The notes under the pieces were generated by a model. The model ran no database searches, was not told where the DNA came from, and saw only the letters and a program-made list of their open reading frames with translations. Of a stretch of 64,000 nucleotides of DNA, positions 41,339 to 55,644 are shown piece after piece (within the stretch, counting starts at the first letter, position 1; every line of letters starts with the position of its first letter). A program made the position numbers and the translations under genes. The stretch lies in the NCBI GenBank assembly GCA_964016885.1, contig OZ024762.1, positions 23,870,001 through 23,934,000 of the forward strand, written 5' to 3'. The stretch is from Eledone cirrhosa. Taxonomy: Eukaryota.

Positions 41339-41409
41339 TATTTTATTATGCGCATTTCAAAAACAAATATCATCATGCAATAATATTTGTGTTTTCATCA
41401 GATAAAACA
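41339..41409 (-). ncRNA. Type I hammerhead ribozyme-like motif (inverted partner of 41477-41547)
   Basis: Reverse complement of 41477-41547. Confidence 0.7.
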
Positions 41410-41476
41410 GGAAGATATGTTGATTTAAAACTGAACTATCCACAAGTGTTTTTTTAACCTTCATATCATGTCTTCC

Positions 41477-41547
41477 TGTTTTATCTGATGAAAACACAAA
41501 TATTATTGCATGATGATATTTGTTTTTGAAATGCGCATAATAAAATA
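41477..41547 (+). ncRNA. Type I hammerhead ribozyme-like motif
   Basis: TGTTTTAT-CTGATGA-long stem II-GAAA-TGCGCA-TA-ATAAAATA; 8-bp stem I and palindromic stem III. Confidence 0.7.
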
Positions 41548-41681
41548 CATGGAACTCTTTTAACCATCTTTTGTTCTTATATATTATGTATATATATATA
41601 TATATATTTATATATATTTATATATAATAATTGATTAAATCTTAACCATTTAACATCTCAGGGTATGTCATGTATCATTAT

Positions 41682-41734
41682 ATTTTGTCTGATGAGGACG
41701 TACTGTTGTACCTCCGAAATATGTATAATAAAAT
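41682..41734 (+). ncRNA. Type I hammerhead ribozyme-like motif
   Basis: ATTTTGT-CTGATGA-GGACGTAC/GTACCTCC-GAAA-TATGTA-TA-ATAAAAT. Confidence 0.65.
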
Positions 41735-41881
41735 GTAATTGATCAAAAGAACATCTATTTTATTAATATTTATATTTTAATATTAATAACTCAGTTCAGC
41801 TCTAGCTATCGAAACAGCCGGAGCTCAGCCGTCGGGGTTCCTCCTCATTCTTTTCCTTTTACCTACTCTACTACCACAAGT

Positions 41882-43019
41882 ATATATACGATCCATATAT
41901 ATATATGTATGTGTTTGTGAGTGTGTAAATATAGGATCTATTTGTGTGTGCGTGTGTGTGTGTGTAAATATATGATCGATTTATGTGTGTGTGTGTAAAT
42001 ATTCCATATGTGTGTGTAAATATCATCCATATATACATGTGTGTGTAAATATATGATCCATATATGTGTGTGTGTAAATATTCCATATGTGTGTGTAAAT
42101 ATCATCCATATATACATGTGTGTGTAAATATTCCATATGTGTGTGTAAATATCATCTATATATACATGTGTGTGTAAATATATGATCCATATATGTGTGT
42201 GTGTAAATATTCCATATGTGTGTGTAAATATTCCATATGTGTGTGTAAATATCATCTATATATACATGTGTGTGTAAATATATGATCCATATATGTGTGT
42301 GTGTAAATATTCCATATGTGTGTGTAAATATCATCCATATATACATGTGTGTGTAAATATATGATCCATATATGTGTGTGTGTAAATATTCCATATGTGT
42401 GTGTAAATATCATCCATATATACATGTGTGTGTAAATATATGATCCATATATGTGTGTGTGTAAATATTCCATATGTGTGTGTAAATATCATCTATATAT
42501 ACATGTGTGTGTAAATATATGATCCATATATGTGTGTGTGTAAATATTCCATATGTGTGTGTAAATATTCCATATGTGTGTGTAAATATCATCCATATAT
42601 ACATGTGTGTGTAAATATAGGATCGATATATGTGTGTGTGTAAATATTCCATATGTGTGTGTAAATATCATCCATATATACATGTGTGTGTAAATATATG
42701 ATCCATACATGTGTAGATACATATGATTCATATCCATGTGTGTGTGTAAATATATGATCCATATATACGTGTGTGTGTGTGTGTAAAAATATATGATCCA
42801 TATATATGTGTGTGTGTGTAAATATATGATCCATATATATACGTGTGTGTGTGTGTGAAAATATATGATCCATATATATACGTGTGTGTGTGAAAATATA
42901 TGATCCATATCTACATGTGTGTGTGTGTATGTAAATATAGGATCCATATATACGCGTGTGTGTGTAAATATATGATCCATATATTCATGTGTGTGTGTGT
43001 GTATGTAAATATATGATCC

Positions 43020-43053
<34 letters not shown>

Positions 43054-43268
43054 AAATATATGATCCATATATACATGTGTGTGTGTGTGTAAATATATGA
43101 TCCATATATATACGTGTGTGTGTGAAAATATATGATCCATATCTACATGTGTGTGTGTGTATGTAAATATAGGATCCGTATATATATATATGTGTATGTG
43201 TGTGTGTAAATATATGATCCATATATACATGTGTGTGTGTGTGTGTGTAAATATATGATCCATATATA
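41882..43268. repeat. TA/TG-based minisatellite (gtaaatatatgatccat units, ~79-bp higher-order period)
   Basis: Direct inspection. Confidence 0.9.
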
Positions 43269-43270
43269 TC

Positions 43271-43973
43271 TGGGGTGTATTTTGTTAGAGGTGCCTACTG
43301 ACTGTAGTAGGTTTCACTTTGTACTTAGGTAAGGCGGGTCTTCTCTATTACTGAGTACCGCCAAAGGTCTCAGTCCAGTGACATTGTCTTGGAGAGGTGT
43401 GAGGTCGGAATTTATCAAATCGTCCCAAGTTTTTCTGGGTCTGTCTACTCCGTGGTTACCGTCTATTTTTATCGCCCTGCACTTTTTTATACAGCTGTCG
43501 TCTTTCATGCGCATCACATGACCATACCAACGTAGCCTTCTCTCGAGTAAACAACATCTGATCCCTCTTATTTCTAATTTCTCCCTTAGTTTATTTATGA
43601 TTTGCCGTTCACGTATATTACTATTACACATCCAGCGGAGCATGCAAGCTTCGTTCCTCTCCAGTCTGCGTATATCCTCTGCACACAATGCCCAAGTCTC
43701 ACTGCCATGTAACATTGCTGTTCGTATGCAGGCATCATACAGCCTGCCTTTCATTTTTAGGGAGAACCCTTTAGCAGCCAATAGTGGTATAAGCTCTCTG
43801 AACTTTTTCCATCCCGTTCTGACTCTAGCTACTGTACTTTCAGAGCACCCTCCCCCACTGCTGATTTTGTCACCCAGGTAACGGAAGGTGTCCACTATTT
43901 CTATAGAACCATCTGTGCAATGGAATGAGTTAGTATTCTGTGGGCACTTGCTGCTACTTATTGCACCAGAGCA

Positions 43974-43974
<1 letters not shown>
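43271..43974 (-). mobile_element. RTE LINE fragment lacking its 3' tail
   Basis: [20 protein letters not shown]...[10 protein letters not shown]...HGSETW...[10 protein letters not shown]. Confidence 0.9.
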
Positions 43975-44012
<38 letters not shown>

Positions 44013-44138
44013 TGTGTGTATGTGTGTAATCCATGTGTATATATATATGTATGTGTGTATGCATGTGTATATATATATATATGTATGTGTGTATGCATGT
44101 GATCCATGTGTATATATATATATATATATATATGTGTC

Positions 44139-44181
<43 letters not shown>

Positions 44182-44272
44182 ATGTGTGATCCATGTATAT
44201 ATATGTGTGTCTGTGTGTGATCCATGTGTATATATATGTATATATGTAAGTGTCTGTGTGTGATCCATGTGT

Positions 44273-44306
<34 letters not shown>

Positions 44307-44365
44307 ATGTGTGATCCATGCGTATATATATATGTATATGTGTAAGTGTATGCGTGTGATCCATG

Positions 44366-44396
<31 letters not shown>

Positions 44397-44554
44397 GTAT
44401 GTATGTGTGTGATCCATGTGTATATATATGTATGTGTATATGCGTCTGATCCATATGTATATATATATATATGTATGTATGTATGTGTGTATGTGTGATC
44501 CATGTATATATATATATATATATGTATGTGTGTATGTGTCTATGTGTGTGATCC

Positions 44555-44620
<66 letters not shown>

Positions 44621-44662
44621 ATGTGTGTGATCCATGTGTATATATATATGTATGTGTGTGAT

Positions 44663-44727
<65 letters not shown>

Positions 44728-44765
44728 ATCCATGTGTATATATATATATATATATGTGTGTATGT
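43975..44765. repeat. TA/TG minisatellite with gtgatccat units
   Basis: Direct inspection. Confidence 0.9.
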
Positions 44766-45161
44766 GGTTTATGACCAGGCTTTTAGTCCCCCCCCCCCCC
44801 TCATCTATCTTCAACAGTAAAGGCCAATTTCAGTCCATAAATTACACCTTTTTCACTAGATACCTTTTTCTGGCAATCTTCCCAGCATGCTTCACTGTTG
44901 CCTTTATCTCTTCCCCCCCTCCCTCTAGCTGTGATGTGTGTGTATATATATATATATATGGTAGTGGTGTGTGTGTGTGGTGTGTATATATATATATATG
45001 TGTGTTTGTGTGTATATGTAAGTATATATATAGTATATATATATATATATATACTTACATATATACTTACATATAAACACACACACGTTGTATATATATA
45101 TATACACACCACACACACTTACACCACTACCATATATATTTATATATATATATATAAAAGA

Positions 45162-45214
<53 letters not shown>

Positions 45215-45421
45215 ACCACAAACACATTCCTATATTATATATATATATACACATACACAATCCTGTATCATATGTAGATATATAACAACCATACACAAAC
45301 ACACTCCTATATACAATCACACACTCCTATATACACACACACACTCCTATATACACACACACACTCCTATATATATATACACACACATACACTCCTATAT
45401 ATATATACACACATACACTCC

Positions 45422-45458
<37 letters not shown>

Positions 45459-45485
45459 TCCTATATATATACACACACACACTCC

Positions 45486-45524
<39 letters not shown>

Positions 45525-45663
45525 CTATATCATCTCCTTTCTCTGTCTCCCTATTTCATCACATTCTTATCTGCAGCATTCAATCCCATTATTTTTACCT
45601 ACATGTTGGTTTCACCAACACCATGTGTGTGTGTGTTTATATATATTGATTTACATACATGCA

Positions 45664-45707
<44 letters not shown>

Positions 45708-45710
<3 letters not shown>

Positions 45711-46311
45711 TGACTGCCAACTCGTTTTCGAGTACGGCCACTACTTTATATCCATGTAGGAGAACCCCTACTGATGCGCTGAACAAGTGTGACTTTTTAG
45801 TCCAGCCAGCGACTTGAAAACTCTGGTACAAACACTACACTTGTGACAATTATTGACACATTGTGCTGGGCCCATGGTACCATGTGACAAGTGCAGAGAG
45901 ATCTCCAGATATAAAGCAATGCCTGTGCCGTGAAGCTTTTATAGTGAACAAAGGCACTGCACAAAGCCAGTCCCACTCTCTTAACCAAGATGATATTTAC
46001 CAAAAAGAACAAGTCAACATCATTGGATACCATCAGGGTTGCAGGTGTTATATCAGAGTTTTCCTTCTCCTAGAATTCTGCCTTGACAAAGGCTAAGGGG
46101 TCATCTCTCCCGGTGATTTTGGATGGTCATTGACTCTTAAGAGCTCCTTTGCCCTTTGACAGGTTTTGTTTTTAGTCCTGCAGGAAATCCAAAGTCACCC
46201 TCCTCACCAAGAAACCTTGGTGGGGTTGCCAGTTTAGTCGCCAACGACCCGGCCATGAGACAGGTTGTACTGGGATACATGTTACCAGTAGTACCAACTG
46301 GTGACCTGACA
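45708..46311 (-). mobile_element. Second copy of the ~610-bp element at 1554-2163
   Basis: Colinear reverse-complement match over the whole length. Confidence 0.75.
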
Positions 46312-46338
46312 TATATATATATACATATATATACATAC

Positions 46339-47312
<974 letters not shown>

Positions 47313-47379
47313 ATTAAGCTCTGTTGCATACATAGAGCACTCTTTTTTCCTGGACTTTTCCGATGGAATTACTTCATTT

Positions 47380-47411
<32 letters not shown>

Positions 47412-47413
<2 letters not shown>

Positions 47414-47690
47414 CATCATCATCATTATCGTTTAACGGCCATCTTCCATGTTAGCATGGGTTGGATGGGTGTGTCCCACTTGAGGCAAGATTGGTCGGGT
47501 GACTGTGTCGTGCTCATATAGGACTGTATCTGGCAGGGTTTTCTACAGTTGGATGCCCTTCCTAACACCAATCACATTTACAGTGTGGACTGGGAGCCTT
47601 TTTACCATGTTTCCTACATGGCCACATTACAACGTGGACTGCGTGTGGGTTTTTTTTTGTGACACCTACACAACCTCTTTAGTTTGGACT
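47412..47690 (-). mobile_element. RTE LINE 3' UTR fragment
   Basis: GGATGCCCTTCCTAACACCAA motif and (CAT)n tail. Confidence 0.8.
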
Positions 47691-47719
47691 AGATATATAA
47701 ATAGATATCATTGCATTTT

Positions 47720-48051
47720 TCATTTCATTTTACGCCCGCTTTTTCCCTGCTTGCAAGGGTGGGACGGGAACTGATTCTGGCTTGGTTTCTACAGCTGGAT
47801 GCCCTTCCTAACACCAACCTCATTTACAGTGAGGGCTGGGTGCTTTTTTGCTGTGGCACCTCCACGACCACTTTACAGTGGAATAATAGGGACCCCAGTC
47901 CCTATCATCTCATTTCTACAGCTGAATAAACTGGAGCAATGTGAAATAAAGTGTCTTGCTCAAGGAAACAACACATCACCCGGTCTGAGAATTGAACTCG
48001 CAACCTTTCGATTGCAAGGCCAATGCTCTAACCACTAAGCCATGTGCCTCC
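47720..48051 (-). mobile_element. Full-length SINE family A
   Basis: Near-identical to other copies. Confidence 0.9.
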
Positions 48052-48144
<93 letters not shown>

Positions 48145-48484
48145 CAGAATGGATGCAGTAAAAACCAGTTAGACCATTACCATCACTCACCAGAGTACTC
48201 AATACTTGGGGTAGTAGAGTGGGTAATATGAAAGAGTTAGGACACCGACGGCCGAGTTCCTGCCTTTTCAACAACTAGATCTAGCTGTTGAAACAGCAGG
48301 AGCTTACTGATATCATTAATTAGACTGTGGTCATGCTGGAGCACTGCCTTAACCTTTCAACATTTACATTACTCTGTATTTACTATTGTATTTTCATAAA
48401 TGTTAACTACTATATTTTTGAATACGCTTCGTCTCGATCAGAGACAACATTTTTTTACTAAATATTTGATATTTTTAATTGATA

Positions 48485-48590
48485 TATTTTTTTGTTTTTT
48501 TTTTGTTTTTTTAGGTAAGTGGAGTCTTTCATTCAGTGCCATATTGGAATATTTCATGAGGTTGGATTACAAGATTTGCATCAGGTATGG
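48485..48590 (+). promoter_or_regulatory. Strong 3' splice site abutting GTAAGT (recursive-splice motif) with candidate 70-nt exon 48515-48584
   Basis: ~26-nt T tract, TTAG|GTAAGT, downstream CAG|GTATGG. Confidence 0.45.
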
Positions 48591-48656
48591 GAAAAAAAAA
48601 AAAAAAATATATATATATAGATTACAATAATCAAAGTTCAGTTTAAATCATTTATT

Positions 48657-48703
48657 TGCTTACAATTGTTTCCTCCGAACCGAGGTTTGGATTCTTCGGA
48701 GCA
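48657..48703 (-). ncRNA. Hammerhead-like motif (CCGAAGA family of 881-927)
   Basis: Same fold; stem III is the palindrome CAATTG. Confidence 0.5.
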
Positions 48704-48944
48704 ACTATTTAGTGATCTATAACATACTTGACCTCCTTTTCAACACAAGAGACATATAAAAAACATATGCACATATTGACCCACAGTGGGATGACATCCA
48801 TCAAAATGTATAAAAAATATATAACCATAAAAGGTCTTATTACATACATAACCATAAATAGTATCCTTAATACTATATATATATATATATATATAAATAA
48901 AATAACAGGAGGCTGGACTGGTGTAAATCCTTGAAAGGTTTATT

Positions 48945-49002
48945 ATACTATGAAGATTTCAATGACCGGGTTCTGTATGAATCCGGTGATATCATCAGGT
49001 AT
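48945..49002 (-). ncRNA. Hammerhead ribozyme-like motif
   Basis: ATAC-CTGATGA-(ACCGG/CCGGT stem)-GAAA-tcttca-TA-GTAT. Confidence 0.5.
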
Positions 49003-49129
49003 TAAAAATATAACAAAAGAATATGTAAAATAATCATGGGTCCGAAAAATTAGAGACAGAGACAAAGAGGGCGACTGACCAACTAGCTGCCTTCACCTCG
49101 ACCAGTCGCCCTCAAATATATATATAAAG

Positions 49130-49173
<44 letters not shown>

Positions 49174-49234
49174 GTGTTTTGCAACGGGTCACTTTGTGGC
49201 TCAATGAAAAGTTAATAAATTAAATAATCAGAGC

Positions 49235-49652
49235 TATATATCATAAAACATGTCTACAGAATCACCAGATAAAATATATACCATTTCCTCTCCCAATTAG
49301 CATAATTAACCATATAAAAAATTGAATAGATCAAGCTATAAGAATAAGGCTTCTATGAATGTGTTCTATAAGGCTTCTATTAAATGTGTTCTCTTTTCTC
49401 CTAGTTTATTTTACACCTAATTCTGTTTAATTGATTGTATCTGGGCGATTACGCTGTCGAAATATTCGGTAAATATTCCGTCGCAGCCGGCGCGAAGGGC
49501 TGGTTTTGGTTATTTATTGGAGATTTCTTCATAGAAGCCTTATTCTTATAGCTTGGTCTATTCGATTTTTTATATGGTTAATTATGCTAATTGGGAGAGG
49601 AAATGGTATATATTTTATCTGGTGATTCTATAGACATGTTTTATGATATATA
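49235..49652. repeat. ~125-bp inverted repeat (49235-49360 / 49527-49652)
   Basis: The arms are reverse complements with few mismatches. Confidence 0.9.
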
Positions 49653-49872
49653 TATATATATATATATATAGTAGTTCCACGACAGTTAGTTCACCATACC
49701 GAGAGGAAATGTTTCACCTTATTCGGATCTTCAGCTATAAGTTGAAACATTTGCTTTCGGTATGGTGAACTAACTGTTGTGGAACTAGTTCTACTAAACT
49801 CGTCCCATGGACTGAGTGCTCTACTACTACGGATATAACCTTCCAGTGTTCTACTATTATATATATATATAT

Positions 49873-49930
<58 letters not shown>

Positions 49931-50243
49931 CATCTCATTTACACAGACAAGAAAACCATATATTCTTGCCTGTTTTCAAGTCCAGCAGTCACAAGAGTGG
50001 AAGGAATTGTCCTGATGAGACCCAGTTAAGTTCAAAATGTATTGATGATTGTCCCCCTTGCTTCTGTTGGACATCAACAGAGGGCAATAGCCCCGGTGTT
50101 TTGCATAGCCGCAGGTTTCTAATTGTTTATCTATAAACATACCATATTTCTTTATAAATACGAAATTCCAATACATATCTGTGTGCACCTATGCATGAAG
50201 CTAAATCCTAATTCTATTATATACTAGACCACCCGTGACCCGT

Positions 50244-50556
50244 TGGGTCCCTAAAAATGTATACACCATTCTAATATATATATTGCCTGTACAGGTAATC
50301 AAAGTGTGTATACATTTTTTGGTGACACCATATATATATATATATATATACCGGGGTCCCTAAAAATGTACACACCATTCTAATATATATATTGCCTGTA
50401 CAGGTAATCAAAGTGTGTATACATTTTTCGGGGACACTATATATATATATATATATATAATAATACCGGGGTCCCTAAAAATGTATACACCATCCTAACC
50501 AATAATGCATGTATAGGCAATCAAAGTGGGTATACATTTTTGGGGGGACAACCTGT
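50244..50556. mobile_element. Three tandem Tc1/mariner-type MITEs separated by (TA)n
   Basis: GGGTCCCTAAAAATGTATACA ... TGTATACATTTTT..GGGGACA; related to 39085-39162. Confidence 0.7.
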
Positions 50557-50802
50557 ATATACACAAATATGAACATATATATATAGAGAAAGTGTGTGCA
50601 AGCAATCAAGATCAGAGTTTAGTAGTATATAGATATATGGGAGATACAAAGCAGGTTTTGTTTACAAACAGCTAACAAATCTGAAAATAGGAAGTGACAT
50701 ATGCTTACCCCGTATATGACTAAATAAAATTAGTTAGTTGGGATTTTAAAAATCCCTCTGAATGGGAAAAGGGAAGAGTATGGCATACATAGAACAGGAA
50801 CC

Positions 50803-50859
50803 ACCCACATCTTTGGTTTGCCGGACCAATGTGTTACCTGGTAAACCAAAGATGAGGGT
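50803..50859 (+). other. Pre-miRNA-like hairpin
   Basis: 22-position stem with two G-U pairs and one A/A mismatch; 13-nt loop. Confidence 0.35.
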
Positions 50860-50964
50860 TTGTGTCAGAGGTGTGTCAATACTCATCCTTTTTTCAATTT
50901 AGGGTTTTTTTCTTTTAACAGACTGAATACAGTGTAAGCACGTTACTACCTATATATATATATG

Positions 50965-51003
<39 letters not shown>

Positions 51004-51354
51004 TAAAATAACAGATTAAAGTTTAAGCAAAGAATCAGAAGATACCGTTAAGGGTGAAAGCAGCGATTCTTTGCTTAAATTTTAATCTGTTATTTTAATA
51101 AATATTTGCTCTACGGTTCTTATATATTTGATAGATATTTAACCTTATCAAGCCCTCTTTGGATTTTAGTCTTCAAATTTATTATTATTACTATATATAT
51201 ATATATAGTTATGTAATAAACAACATAAGATAAAGGTCCATGGTGTATGTTGGTTAAGTTCCTGAAAACTGTAGAGTGCTCAACTAATCGGGCTGGAAAG
51301 TGCCAATCATATGTGTGATGTAGAATATGCTTCAATCAATCCCGGTTGGAGCTG

Positions 51355-51553
51355 TATAAATGAAGTAATTCCGTCGGAAAGGTCCAGGAAAAAAGAGTGC
51401 TCTATGTAGGTTACAGAGCTTATTAACTTTTATCTTTTAACTTTTAGCTTATTAACCTTTATCTTATGTTGTTTATTACATAACTAATAAGCTCTGTTAC
51501 CTACATAGAGCACTCTTTTTTCCTGGACCTTTCCGACGGAATTACTTCATTTA
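51355..51553. repeat. ~68-bp inverted repeat of a short element family also seen at 47285-47380 and 13140-13200
   Basis: agagcactcttttttcctggacctttccgacggaattacttcattta occurs on both strands. Confidence 0.8.
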
Positions 51554-52016
51554 CACATATATATATATATATATATATGCTCATACACATATACATAAAG
51601 ATACACACTTACATGGATTTATATATATCTGCATATATTCCTTGCATGCATATAAATGTATGTACATTTGCTTTTTTGTTTTTCACTTGGAGTACCTTTT
51701 ATTTTCTGTATCTATCCTTTGTGATGCTGAAGAAGGACTGAAGCCCGATACATCAAACATTCTTTTCCCCTTTTCCATATAAAGCGTGAAACTAATAAGA
51801 CTTTTTGTAACTCTGTTTTGTTGTTTCCTTGAACTATATATATATATATCACTTTTCGTTGCTTCCCCATTTTGTTTGTTTACACTCGTGTCCGCTTTAT
51901 TTACGTGTCCCAATGACTTTTTTTAGCCGTTGCTCGCACCAACCGGAGGTATATGGTCTTTAAAGCGATGAAATACCTATGACGGTTGGAAGATCACTGA
52001 TGAAGGACTAACTTTA

Positions 52017-52058
<42 letters not shown>

Positions 52059-52315
52059 TATGTATACGTACATACATATATGTGCACAGGCGTACAGTAG
52101 TATGTATATATATACATACATGCACACACATATATATATGTACGTATGGGTTTACCAAACATTTATTATAATGTTCGGGCTGTTTGTAAACAAACAGCCC
52201 GAATTACGCCGTACAGTGGTCGGCAACCATCGTTGCCCTTTTTGTTCAACACTGACACAGGAACGATGTACTAGTTTCAAGCTTATTAGATATCGTCAGC
52301 ATCGTATACCTTTCT

Positions 52316-53220
<905 letters not shown>

Positions 53221-53532
53221 GTGTGAATATTGTATTCTTCTTTAGTTACACGACAACTAATAATTTCACTGTAACCTCTTCAAATTCTCACCTGTCATAA
53301 TTATTTTAATTAAACCGGATTAATATAATCACTCAAAGAACTGATTTAGGTGAAACCATTAGTTTTTGTATCATCAAAGGATGTGTCATCTTTTGAAAAC
53401 AAGTTGATTGCCATTTGTATTTAGTTTAACCAACATTTGTACATCATTACTCTATGTACTATATATGCACATTTGATGAGTTGTAGTGCACCTGAACACT
53501 GTACACAATAATTTTCATTATTATTTTATTAT

Positions 53533-53722
53533 GGGCGGTGGATTGGCAGTATCGGTAGAGGGTCGGACGCCATGCTTTCCAGCATAGTTACGTCCCTTTA
53601 CGATCTGAGTTCAAATCCCGCCGAGGTTGACTTTGCCTTTCATCCTTACGGGGTCGATAAAATAAAGTACCAGTAATGCACTGGGTAATTGCTGGCCTTG
53701 TGCCTAAAGTAGAAACAATTAT
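53533..53722 (+). mobile_element. Full-length SINE family B
   Basis: GGCGGTGGATTGGCAGTATCGGTAGAG head, GAGTTCAAATCC B box, (ATT)n tail; flanked by ttattattttatta duplication. Confidence 0.9.
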
Positions 53723-53779
53723 TATTTTATTAAGAACAATTTATCTCATATACACTCACACATCATATCAACACTAATA

Positions 53780-53813
<34 letters not shown>

Positions 53814-54058
53814 TTCACTTTGTGTTCAATCTCGTTACCAAGACTACCTAACGGTTTATCTTGTTTACACTCTTTAATTTTATTTCTTTACTTGGACTCC
53901 TTTATATCTGTATCTCATTTGTGATCCTGTCTCTAATTTTTGTACTCCTGAAGAAAGGCTAAAACCCAACACGTCAAGCTCCCTTTCCCCTTTTCCATAT
54001 AAAGCGTGAAACTAATAAGACTTTTGTACCTCAGTTTGTTGTCTCCTTGAACTATGTA

Positions 54059-54111
<53 letters not shown>

Positions 54112-55644
54112 GAGAGTATTGAAGTTTGCTTGAAGCATTGTGGAATAATAAGTAAATATCTTTAAGTCGTTTGGAAGCCTCGACAATGCAAATGGGTAAA
54201 TCTCCGGGTAACAAGATCCGGTGGTGGAGAGAGAGATGTAAGTGGGTGTACGTTGAGATGCGTGGTGTGTATGAGACGTGTAGAGGAATGAAGGAAAGAG
54301 TATAAAGGATAAAATAAAAATAACAACACGAGAGAGAGTTACCTTGGGAGAGATTTAATTGTCCCTATATATTTCGGATTCACATCCATCAACTGGGGTT
54401 TTTTTCCGGGGCGGGGGAAAGGTTGTCTGTTGGAAAGGTGCGAAACGCGTCCTCCGTTGTTTGTTGTTTTGAATATATATATATATATATACAGTGTATT
54501 TTGCAGTACACTGTATGCTTAATTAAAAGCATTTTGAAGACCTTACACTATTGTTTTAGAGTAGCGACATTATTTCAGAGCACCAATTCTAATTTTCAAT
54601 TTCTGCTGGGCCGGCGACCACTCTGTAAAATCAGTTCCTAACCACTAAGCCATGTGCCTCCATATATATATATAATCATCATCACTGTTTTATGTCCATT
54701 CTTCCATGATAGCATGGGTTAGACGAGTTGTCCTGTTGTGGGCAATGCTAGGTCAAGTGACCATTCCTTGCTTATACTGTTTCTTTGGTGTTACAGTTAG
54801 ATTGCGTTTGACCTTCATTAATCAATGATCAGTCCATCACCCTTCTCCTCTCATTGTGCACACACTACATATATCTTTTACATCACATTTCTCTAAACTA
54901 AAACATAATCAGTGAAATTCCACTTCCTAGACCTTGGGTATATTCAAGTTGTCTTATATTTATATTTCTGCTGAAGGAATGTGTTTGTTATTATTACAGG
55001 TGAATGTTCAGTGCAAAATGTGAGGGAATGTAACACCATGTTGGTTCCACTTTCCTACACCATGTGTGTATGTATATATTCATATATATATATGTGTGTG
55101 TGTGTGAGAGAGAGTGTGTGTGTGTGTGAGTGAGTGTGTGTGTGTGAGAGAGAGTGAGTGTGTGTGTATGTGTGTGTGAGAGAGAGAGAGAGTGAGTGAA
55201 TGTGTGTGTGTGTGAGAGAGAGAGTGAGTGTGTGAGTGAGTGAGTGAGTGTGTGTGTGTGAGAGAGTGAATGTGTGTGTGTGAGAGAGAGAGTGAGTGTG
55301 TGAGTGAATGTGTGTGTGTGTAAGAGAGAGAGTGAGTGTGTGTGCATGTGTGAGTGTGAGAGTAAGTGTTAAGATTCTTAATATGTCGAGCATATAAAAA
55401 AAAATTCAATTAATAAAGATAAAGAAAGGTTAGACATGCTGTATATTGGATCACTGTTTTAATCTACCCATGACAGGGAGACAGGGGCAGACAACTCCAG
55501 TTCTCAGCAAAACCATTGACATGATTAAGTAAAATTGGAAATAATCATAAGGAAAGTGGAGATTAGTCTCATTTTTGACAGGCAGGGGTGACAGCATTAT
55601 TTCTTATTCTTTTGCGTGCTTCTCTTTTTTACATTCAACTTGAC

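Noticed and set aside
50810-50831. miR-9 orthologue (TCTTTGGTT)
   Set aside because: The match covers only about 9 nt, and a 22-mer starting there would run into the loop.
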